Positions 13,901 to 25,700 of a stretch of 64,000 nucleotides of DNA are shown here, piece by piece. A program made the translations under genes and the position numbers. The notes under the pieces are model-generated. The model saw only the letters and a list, made by a program, of their open reading frames with translations. It ran no database searches and was not told the origin of the DNA. Position 1 is the stretch's first letter. Each line of letters opens with the position of its first letter. Source of the DNA: Lingula anatina (Eukaryota > Animalia > Brachiopoda); NCBI GenBank assembly GCA_051362555.1, contig CM120641.1:38508401-38572400 (forward strand), in the 5' to 3' direction.

Positions 13901-14687
13901 CTTGTTATTCGGCTACTGAAAGTGCACCTAAGTTTTATTCTTTGCTATTGCCACAAATTACTTAACAATTGCAACTGTATAAAGACCAAACTTTCTTCAT
14001 CTGATACTATATTTATAGGCACTTGTTATGAGTGGGAAATATTTTTCGTGCAATATTTATTCTCCACACACCACCTCGCGAGATCAACGTGTAGCTGGAC
14101 ACTTACACAGTGAGACCCTACGACATAAAAGTTGCAATTTATCTTCATATTTCGTGTAGTTATGCATTTAAAAGCACTTACCTGTTTTTTGAAAACCTTG
14201 TCCAACGTAATATCATATAAATTCTGTATTTCTCTCATTTTTTAGAAACTTGGGACTCCGTTTCTGTTTCTGTCCTCAAAAATCAACAGACGAAGGCACA
14301 GATACTAACAAACGAGATTTAAACGAGATAGCAATTAAGCGTAACAGAGATAGGCATCCATTGTTCTCTGGGTTCTATTCATTCCGACCAATGAGAGACC
14401 GTAATACGGGCTCCGCCCCCACGCGTGTAATCTCCTTCTGTTATAACTCCTTGCTAACGGGAACATTAAAAATAGGTGCTCATCGGTCCAAAAGAAAAAA
14501 ATGAATACATAAAAAATTAATGGAAACCATAAATAAATAAATAAATACGACATTTTATAAGAGAGACACAGATAAAGGCCAGTGCTTACCTGCTGCTGAT
14601 GGCATATACTTGAACCAAAGAGGTCTGACAGGTGCCTCCAACCTTGGAAACCACTGAACAGCCTCTATATGCTCAGCTAAAAATGTA

Positions 14688-14733
<46 letters not shown>

Positions 14734-16723
14734 TGGAGTTCATCACTGTAAGAACAAGTGATAAAAAGTTGTAGGTGTGACAAACAGCTTTGTGGTTAGG
14801 TCACATAGCAAAATTATCACTTATAAGTGATTCTCTGCCCACGAACCATGCACTGCTGTCGTCATTGCAATTCAACAAGACTAGTTTTACATCACACAAT
14901 GCTGTGGATCAATCAACACCTCTTTCTGTCCTTATTTCTTTTTTTAAGATGAGGGGTCAATAAAATTCAGCAGGTGATAAGTTATTTAAGCACGATGAGG
15001 TAATGACGTCTGCAGGCTGTTTTCCATGTACTAATCTGTCAGGAAATAAATTGAGGGGAACCTACTGTAAATTTGTTCCATCAACATCTGCTGTTTAGCT
15101 GCTACCACTTCTGGATCCCACATATGCAGCACACGTTTGCTCTTGCCAGTCAAGGATGTCAGTAACTTCTTTCTGAAAACAATTGGTTTATTCATAAAAT
15201 GAATACCAAGGTTTTAAACTGAAATTATAGGTGTTTTAATATGAAAGAACCATTTCCATTAATCAAATGAGAAAGCTAACTTAAAGGCTTCCACAACCAC
15301 TTGAGAAAATTGTTTCTTTTAGAAAACACAAAAAATGGTTTTGACTTGACAAAGTGTATCAAGTGCAAAAAAAAAATATGTTCAGTGCTTAATTTGTTTT
15401 TCAGTTTTCACAAAGGAGCTGTCAATGAAACATTTTACTGAAAGAACAGATCAGTCATCATTTAATTACACATTTCAAACCCACATATCTCTCAACCAAA
15501 TAGAATAGCAGGATGAAAAAACTAAAGCCTGGTAATGATTTTCATTATTCCCCATTGTCAAAAATATGTCATCTTCCCAAATAAAGTTCAGTGGACAAGA
15601 CACAGTTAAAAGTGCATCCCTATAAAGTTCTCTTATCTATCTTCCCTTGTGCATATAAAGTTCTATAATAATCTAAATGTTAAATTGGGTTTTAGGTACA
15701 TCAAAACTTTGAAATGACCACCAGTCAAAACTGTGCCCAATATTCTTTAAAAACTCAGCTCTTTCTTCATCATAATAACACAAGACTCAAACCTACCAAG
15801 ATATTTCCATTCTATGCCCATTACATACAAGACAATTTACATCTGTAATCTGCAATGTGCATTACTGCAGTGTCTCGCAGGAGAAATCAGCACATAAGTA
15901 AGGATTCCAACTGGAATCCACTTATATCCTGCATTTTCTCTTAATGTGGCTCTCCTAGCTCACTTAATAACAGCCAATCTTTCCCTTAATGCATCAGGAA
16001 ATCTCTATCTGATCTATCCACTTACCTGTAAAATTTTCTCCATGCTAACTGAATTGTGAGAGCTGCAATTTGTCGCTTCCATTCCTCTTCACCAGCTTTT
16101 AACCTCTTAGACTTAATGGCATCTGCAGCACTCTTCATGACTCCTTTGAAGCGAAACACATAACTGGAACAGAAATTTGTGATCAATTTAAATTTGCTTT
16201 GAGGTTTATTTTGATAACAAAAGGAGAAGAAGCAAAAAAAACATCTTAACACAAATATTCTGCCATACTTTCTGGATTTCTTTATATTAAAATCATATGG
16301 GTACAGGTGGTAAAGTAAGGTTCCTTTACATAATACATTGAAAAAGAAGTTGGATACTGTATGTACAATCAAAATAAATAGATAAACAATTTGCTTCTTA
16401 CTGTTTCCAAGCTCTCTGAATTACTCTAGCAGCATGTTCTTTCCTTCTGAATTCTGAAAGTCTATCTCTTTCTTTAGAGACAATCTGTCTGTTTTGTTTA
16501 TTAAGTAATAAAATTCTCTCCTCCTCTGATAACTGAGGCTCTCTTTTCCTAGAAGAAGAAAAATGAAAAGCATTATCTAGATTTCAACAAGTTGCATTTC
16601 AGCATTCATTAATTAAGAGAAAAACAATTCCATAACCTTACTGGAAAAAAGCATTTTTTAAATGAACAAAAGTAAACCCCACAACATCATTCTGTTTAAC
16701 AGTTTTATGATGGTATCCATCCA

Positions 16724-16763
<40 letters not shown>

Positions 16764-19700
16764 CTAAACCTCCAAGTTATCTTCAACCACTGTAGAAAAA
16801 AAAGCAAAAATTGCACTCGTTTTCCGTCTGTGGATTTGAAAATCTTTAAATTCAATAGACAAGTACCTACGTACTAATGCTGAAAATCAAAGGCTGAATG
16901 TGCTGTTTGCATTTTTAAATTGATTGGGCTGTTTGGATTTCATTGTGCTGCATACTAAATTGCCATTAAGAGTTTTGAAAAGGGTTTTATTGATCTGTTC
17001 CTATGAAATCTTGTCTTTTCAAAACAATTTGACTGGATTCTTGAATATTTTTTGTAAAGTTGAGGGCTTCTGATGTATTAGGGTTTGATTATCAATGAGA
17101 AGAAGATCTACAAAATTTTATCTTTACGAAGAAGATTACACTTTCAATAATGAGAACATCAGATTATGCTACATAAGAGAAGGCAACTGAATGTCAATCA
17201 CCTATGAAAATACCAACAACATGCTAAGTCTACATTGATTTAACCATCTCTAACCCCAAAAGGTTTTGCTACACTTTATCAGATATCCATGCAACATTCA
17301 TAAAAATCAATTTTTCAAACATGCTTGAAATTAATATCCTCCATGCAGAAGTGGGCTGCAAATATTGTAAACTGAAACAGCATGCAAAACTAGAACTGCT
17401 TGAATTGATGTACACTGTTGGGAATAAGCAGGCACGTGTTCACTCAATCTAACAAGTCTTAAAACATTTGTTCAAATATCCCTCGAGGCTTACAATGGTA
17501 ATTAATTGTAATGAAACAGTTGTTTTGCTTGCAAGTTGTTATTTTAAGATCACTTGAACCCATGATTTATGAAAAGTTTTTTTAATATGCTACCTTTATT
17601 TTAAACGATCATTATTTTGCTCTAGGTTTTGGGTGCTGAACCAAAAACATCTTCAGCCACTAGTTACATTTTGATGCACTTTTAAAAGTTTTTCTGGGCA
17701 TAAATCTATTAGTATTCTAACATAGTTATTCAAATAAAAATCTGGCTGCTGTGAGTCAAAGATTGGCACACGATCTCACCAGACAAATGAAACTTGTCAG
17801 TCATCAGTGCAAAATATTGGTATCTTTGACAGAATTCATGTTATCCTTAAAAGAAACCCTATGAACACTTAGCAGTCTAATTTCCATTATACCTCAATCA
17901 TTACTGCCATAACAGGAATATGGCACATTTGCCTTGGTGACAGAATTTCTACTGTAAAACAGTTGTGCTAAGACCACATATCTCAATTATTTCAGAAGAA
18001 TATTAATATCTTTTACATGTGTACTTTAGAAAAGACCCAGGGACTGCACATTGGGAGTCTTGCCTATCCTCCTGAAGCTAAAGCAGAGCAAGTACTTTAT
18101 ATGGAACCCATGCGGTTTTTGAGTGCTTTGACTCCTTTTTTTAATGGCAGGGGGGAAGAGTGGACTTGTATGAATAAAAATAGCCAAAATATAACTAAAC
18201 AAAAGCATAATAGTCATACTCAAGTTTGAACTAAGATAGTAAAAAGATTTCAAATCTGCCCCTAAAAACATATTTAATAATAAAATAGTTAATTAAAAAT
18301 AACCATTAAGTCATGTAAAATGTAATCACACTATTACAACATAAACGGTAATTGCCATATTGCGTTGCATAAATACATTAAACAGAAACCATCAAGTAGA
18401 AACAAAGCTGGTACATAGGGAAATGAAAATGGTAGGTATAATGCATTAATGGAAGCTTGGACCTAAATAGAGAAGGACAAGAAACGCGGCATCTTCCTTT
18501 GAAGCTATGTGCGTTCGGGTAAACATTCGCCTATTGTCTCACATAATCTGTTTTGATAGCTCCACGGGCGTCTGAACAGCTTATTATCAAGGTAGCGCGC
18601 GCTGTGCTTCAGTGCATTTCTATTGTTTCTCTGCATTGATAACGCAATTTCTCGCAGTCCCTCGTGGTTGCTATGATACAGCATTGCCGCCATCTTACAG
18701 TTGCGAGCACACAGGTTTCCGTCAACACGTGGAAATTTATTGAGGGGTTTTCGGCATTTTTCCCCGTTACCTCATAAAAACGGGGTGTGAAGTTTGTCTT
18801 CAATACCTGCTGCCTTTCCCTGTCCGTGAGGTAGTCTCTGACAGGACAGGAATACGCACCCAACGACCGGAAATCTCATTCCTACATGTAGGCCTACCAG
18901 TAGCTGTGACACCCCGGAAGATCAATCAAATTTACACAAGAACTGACTGCTGGTGAATCAGACAAATTAAAAATGGACCTTTTTAGCATGTTTGTGAAAT
19001 TATATATTACCATTAGGGGCCACTCATTTCGTAGACAGCTTAAAGAAAAGTACCAAGAATCTGTGTCTGCATCTACGAAAGAAAAAGGATTGAGAAAGTC
19101 TCTCAAAAGGAAGAGTAGAATCACAGCTTGAATTATTACCTAGATTTTCAACAAACAGGCAGTATGATCTTGTGCATTTATAACATTTGGGTTTTTTCAC
19201 TTCGCAATTAAGATCTTAATTAGAAATTTCATCTAGGTTTACATTAATTTTAATTAGTTATTTAAGAGTCAGATTTGTCGTATTAGTTTGGTAGAAAATA
19301 ATACACCAGGTACCAAAATATGGCTTTCCGTTTTCAGTTACTGAAAAGCAGTCGTAATTCAAGAACTTATTATAAGTATTTATAATATTTGTTTTTTTCA
19401 TTCAGCAACTATCTTTCATTTATATTTTGCTTTATTTTTCATTAAAAGTTACCCGTTTACAATATGAGATTAATTTCACCAATACTGATCTTATGCTAAT
19501 AAAAAATACATATATTTGATATAAAAAATCTTCTTTTTATTTCTTTTCACTTCCTTTTTTTTTTTACACAACTTTAAATAATAAAAGATTTGACAAATAA
19601 GACGCATATCACTGCAAGAGGGTCAATGTCAAATGTGAGTATGAATTTTATCAGGATCAGATTTTTTAAACCTGTAGTTAGTGTATTCTGAGGTAATTGA

Positions 19701-22700
19701 ATATGCAATTTCAATCAAGCAAGAAAAAACTGTCTAAACATATAATCCATGTTTTTTACATTTGATTTTTTTTTCATTATAAGATAGGAAATATAAAACA
19801 ACTTGAGTACATTCCAATATTTATTATTATAAAAGTAAACATTAAAATTTTAAAATGCTTGTTACAAAGCTAGTGATGATGAATATACAATACATGTGCA
19901 GTTTTCTTGTCTTGTCTCTTTTTGTGAAAGTCATGGAGTTCTTTCCTATTTGTATCCAAGTAGTATTAACTTATTTATAAAAGGTATAAACTAATTTCTC
20001 ATTGACCTATGTGAATTACTGTCCAAATGTTTAATTAGTGAGTCTCCTCTTGGGCAATGGTGCATTGTCCAATTTTAACTTTCCGGCATCTTGTGGAGAG
20101 AATCTGGAAGAGAATAAGAATGTTTTTATCACAAACTACTATAAATGACAATTGCCTTTTTTACTTCTACTTGGACATTTGAGCCACAGGTAAGCCTTAT
20201 CAAATGCATCTCAAGATTCTACCTGTCAGGTAGATTTTCCCTCTAGTTAAATTTACTTCCCTTGTTAGACATGGACTTTCTAGATCATTATCAGCCAGGT
20301 AACTAAGACGTCTGGCCCTTTGATGATTTGATAAAGCCAGCTAGGTGCTATCCAAAGGCATGTCTCAGGATTATTTCAAAGATTTCAAGCACCTGATAAC
20401 AAAATAATGCAATGTAGCAAGGCAATTACAGAGGTGAGACTCTTATCACAAATGTGATCAAGATCTACTTTTATGACCATTACCCGAGTAAATATAATCA
20501 TGAACTTTGCATGTGTACATGTCCACATATACACTTTCACTATAAGACCAATGAGGGTGTTTGTCAATCGTCTTTATTCTGTTTAGGGAATCCAATTTAA
20601 AAATGAAAAACTTATTATTCTCAAACTGGAGCAGACTTTAGCCGGTCATGTGAATATACATATATACTTCAGAGTAGAGTTAATGTCAACTTTGATAAAA
20701 GGATATTAAAAGGCCCACAGGTGCGTTTTTTGTGTGTCATAATTGCATGGGTGGTGCCATATTGCAATGATAGCCCATATTAAGAGTTAAAAAAATAATT
20801 ATTATCATTCTCAGACTGGAGCTGGCTGGAGCCGGTAATGTGTAAATATATATATATACTTTCGAGCAGTGTTAATGTCAACTTTGATAAAAGGATATTT
20901 AAAGAATCACAGTGTGGTGTCATATTGCTATGATAGCCCATATTGAGAGTCAAAAAAATAATAATTATCATTTTCAGACCAGAGCTGACTGTAGCCGGTA
21001 ATGTGTAAATATATATATACTTTAGAGCAGTGTTAATGTCAACTTTGATAAAAGGATATTAAAAGGATCACAGGTGCGTTTTTGTGTGTCATAATTGCAT
21101 GTGTTGTGCCATATTGCAATGATAGCCCATATTGAGAGTTATAAAAATAATAATTATCATTCTCAGACCGGAGCTGACTGTAGCCGGTAATGTGTAAATA
21201 TATATATACTTCAGAGCAGTGTTAATGTCAACTTTGATAAAAGGATATTAAAAGGATCACAGGTGCGTTTTTGTGTGTCACAATTGCATGTGTGGTGCCA
21301 TGTTGCAACGAGAGCCCATATTAAGAGTTTAAAATATTAATTATCATTCCATAATTCGGGCTCACTTAAGCAAGTAACATAAACCTATACATATAGTACA
21401 CAGCGGTGTTGATGCCACCTTTATCTAAACCGTACGTAAAAAATACCAGACCTAAAACGATGTCGGCGAGTCGAATAAATCGGAGAGGAATTGCGTCATT
21501 TCAATTCAAAACACGATTTGAGGTTAAATTATTGCCGCATCTATGGCTAATTCTTTACATAGAGGTAAAATTTCGAGACTAGAAATATTTTTCTATCGGA
21601 TCATAGCTAAAGACAAGTATTCGACACCGCAGTTGTACAATTTTAAACACTCATTTTACGGCAACAAACACGATTGCCTTCACCATATTGGGCATTTTGA
21701 ATTCCTCCATGAACAAACATACCTTATTCTCATCTAGCATCCAAAATAGCAAAAGAAATTGTACTTACATTTTATCTCTATAAGTGTCTTGACTCATCCA
21801 CCCGAACGTTTTCCTCGCGTTATCACCAGCTACCTGTCCAAATGACACAAAAAGTCATCAACAGCCGCGATATGCTCGCTACCTGTACGGGAGGCCACGT
21901 GATCCGAACGCACATCGTTTCGCGAAGAGCTCGCGCTAAGCCGATTATCCTTTGATCTTTCTCCGCGTTACTTGTCCTTCTCTATTTAGGTCCAAGATGG
22001 AAGCAAGCACTGACAACATATCCTAAAATCAATAGGCCCCTTCCTGGACCACCCCTCGCTTAGTTTCTAAGCTGGAGCTGGAGGCGAGAAGCCAATTAAC
22101 ATACGGAAATTAAACAAGAATGTTTGCTTGTGGATAGGGCACTCAACTGTGACTGTAAAAAAAAAAAAAAGGATGACATTTTAATAATGTTCTCACAACA
22201 GTTCTCACAGGTCACAGGGAAGCAACATCAACAATTTTCAAGCAATGAGACAATAACACAGGGCCATTTTGACGAAACAAATACATCAGTTTCAATTAGA
22301 GAGAAATAAACTGTAATTAATAAGTTTCAAGTATTTTATTTGTAAATGGTAAACACCCAAAGCTTCTGTTCCAGAGGTGATTGATTTTCAGTCACTCAAA
22401 CACTCATTCAGTTGCAAAAGCAATCCATCAATGGGAACACTTAAATCAAGTTATCTGAGAAAAATTTACAAAAAAAGGGTTCTTCAAGTAGTAATTTGAT
22501 GTCTAATACTTTCAAAGAACATTTTTTTCAGGTAGGTACAAGATTTCCAATTTCTCAAATCCCATACCAGACAGAAATCATCCCTCTTGTCAGCTTAGTG
22601 TTGCCACACTGATTGTAATTCCAATCCTATGTGACATCTAGACATGACATCTAAACGTTATACATTGTGCCAAATGACACTTCTTTTCCACAGTGACATG

Positions 22701-25700
22701 TTAAAGTACAAATCAATGTTCTATTCAACTGAAGTACATTACTCATGGGTTTTTTTATATATATACTGGAATGTTAATTCTTTTCAAAGTGTGAGAGTGC
22801 ATAATATGCAATTAATTATTTCAAATTATCCCTTTTTGGTAGATTATGGAGGTCAATTCCTTAAAGAGAGGGCACTGGTATGGCAGGCTAAGTTATTCTT
22901 AATTTCCATCTATAAGCATCACCTTAGGGAAATTTAATATTGTCTGCTGTCTAGGCACAATCGCAAATGGAGTTTTGTTTCGTAAGGTGTAAGAAATAAG
23001 TACAAGGATACATTTTATGTTAAGGTCCCGTAATAAAAAGAACTAAAAACATTCCAATCAAGCAATCATTATTAAATAAAAAAAATTCTGAAACAAAACA
23101 AATCCTGCAACCTTGAAACAAAGAAAAACCCAACCACTCAGACCTGCAAGAATTCTGCAGTCAATATGTCATCACTCATGCTAAGAAAATGTTTAATTGT
23201 TTCCGTGCATAATTCAACCACCCTAGTGCAATACCTAAAAGTTAGGTGACCACACATGACTTCTCACACTTGCCACTACCCACATTGTTAGTCATAAACC
23301 ACTGCGTGAGTGTTAATAGTGACAATATGAAAACACCTGGTGGGGAAAAAAAAACAGAAACATTCTTAGTAATAAGGCACTGATGGTGTGTTATTAAATA
23401 ACAAATAAACACCAAGTTGTTCCATTAAGGAGCAATACCAACCCTGACGGCCCCATAATGTAGTTACATCCAACAATTAGTCCTGACGTCTGCTTCGAAC
23501 CTTCAAATTAATGTGGAGTCATGGGTCATTTCTCTTTGTCATATATGGCAAAAGTACACTGTACCAAATGCCTTAATTTGTTCTTGTGCGATGCATGTCA
23601 CAGAACTTACTTACTTGGTAATCTTTCATCATAAATGCAAGATTTTTTCCTTCAAATCTATTCATTTTGAAATAATAAGTACTATCTTATTAATGTTGAT
23701 GAATTGATACGTTTTTTACCTTTATCTTAAAAATATGTAACTGTCACATACATAAACATTCCCATGTGGACATACATATTTACAAAAAATGAATAACAAT
23801 CACTCTTGATAGCATTACATACTTGTCACTTACTTCACAATAACAAAATAACATGTCACATGCATTTGCCAAAACAATATTTCATATTCAGTTGTCAATA
23901 TATTCATCACTTCTCCCTTTGGATACACTGGAATCTTGAAAGTGAAGATGCTTACCTTCTTGATGATTTACTGTGTCCTTCCCCTAATTCAGTTTTCCTC
24001 CTTTCTTCTACTTCTCTCTTGTTTCTTATGTCTTCTTTTCTTCGATATTCTTCTTCAGCACGTTTTCTGAAAGACACAATTACTCTGGTGAGAAAACATT
24101 GTTCATACAAATTTTCATAAGGTATCCTTTTACATCATTTACACTGCAGTCAAAACAATTCCAAAATTAAAATAACAAAACACTTATTACACCATTTAAC
24201 TCAAGTGTGACTGGATAAAATATCAGTTTTTACTTTAAATCACTATGCACAAATCTACAGGGTATTTCCATGTCATGCAGACGAGTAATTCAAATGGCTC
24301 AAGAACAGCAGTTTCAATATCAAAGCCATCAGTGAAAAACAATGCTTTAATGAAAGGTAGAAAGCAGTGAGTAAAGCTATTCAAATTGAAATACTAACTT
24401 GGCAGCATCCTTCCTCAACTGTTCATGTTTCATTAACAACTTCTTCCTCTCCAGGAAAGTTTTGCGGACTCTATACCCTCGAAAATTGGACTGAAAGCAC
24501 AACAGGGATATTAATATGCATAAAATATATCATGACAACAGGGGACTCTTAAAATAATATATAGACCAATGAGGGATATCACCCCCCTTTATTAGTTTAA
24601 TAAGTACAAAGAAAAGATCACATCTCATAAATTTATCAACTGACTGGGGTTTTTTCTAGGTATTTTTTGTTATTTGTGGTCTTGACAGATTGCAAATAAC
24701 AAAAGCAAGTATGCAACCAGTCAAAGTGTTAAAGCCAGGGAAAAATAGATAATTTAAAGCCCTATGTATAGGATATATTGATTCTAAAAGTGATTTTTCT
24801 TAAAGTCTAATTATCCAAAAAATTAGCCCAAATAATTAACACCTACATGAACAAGCACCAATTTTTAATGGATAGCGTACTGCCTTAATTTGTACCAGTG
24901 TTGCTGTACAAGCTCTCCATGTTAAACCTTGAGCAATTAGATGGTCTTTCTCTTGGCAGCAAATCTACATGATATTGAGCTTTCCAAGAAAGGTATATCT
25001 ATCATTTTTTTCTCTTCCTGTGACAGCAGCAAAAATGTCAATAAATTTTCATTTTTATCTGTCAAATGTGCTCCTTCATTTTTATTGATGATATTTAAAC
25101 TGGATTTTTACTTTGTAGGGTATTTTATTTGAGAAGGACAGTTGGTAAATGGCCTTGAGTGGACAAAATTTTTTGCCTAGGAATGTGCCTGAGAAGACAC
25201 CAGCTTCCCGACTTTGAACAAATATAGATTAGACAAACTGGAGATAAAATAATTTTAAACACAGAATAATGATGAATACATGAGTGAAATATACAAAAAA
25301 AGAAATTACTTTAAAATATATATATTTACAGCATAAATTTATCTCCCTGTGTTGTTAACATGTAAATAAATTGGACATGTTTTACAAAGCTTGCCTTAAA
25401 AAAACATTTACAAATAACTGAAATACCATAATTATATTGCTTTCCTTCAAATGAAGTTAATGGATATTGGATACTGGTACAAAATCTATAACAATAATGC
25501 TAATGAAAAAAAACCTTTATAACAAAAACATCCTTTCTTAAATTGGCATGAAATCATTATTGATGGAACTGCTAATTCAGACATGCCTTACACTGCAAAA
25601 CACTTATAAGCAATCAACCAACAACCTCAGAATAAAGTACCTGCTGTTGCCCAATAAAACCTGGATGACTACTTGATACAGCAACCATATGCATTGTCTT

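Larger units (their letters stand above)
10574..14453. mobile_element. Element A: 3.88-kb non-autonomous P-like DNA transposon in an INVS intron
   Basis: Perfect 31-bp TIR CAAGGAGTTATAACAGAAGGAGATTACACGC (10574-10604; inverted at 14423-14453) and exact 7-bp TSD CTAACGG (10567-10573, 14454-14460). No transposase-length ORF. Confidence 0.92.
18456..21996. mobile_element. Element B: 3.54-kb non-autonomous P-like DNA transposon in an INVS intron
   Basis: 34-bp TIR CTTGGACCTAAATAGAGAAGGACAAGWAACGCGG (1 mismatch) and exact 7-bp TSD ATGGAAG (18449-18455, 21997-22003). The subterminal motif ATGTGCGTTCGG occurs at both ends. Confidence 0.92.

Noticed and set aside
20610-21349. Repeat array as CRISPR-like
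   Set aside because: Whole units repeat with no unique spacers, and the context is eukaryotic.
21780-22000. CpG-rich patch as a native internal INVS promoter
   Set aside because: It is the right end of element B, bounded by the TIR and TSD.
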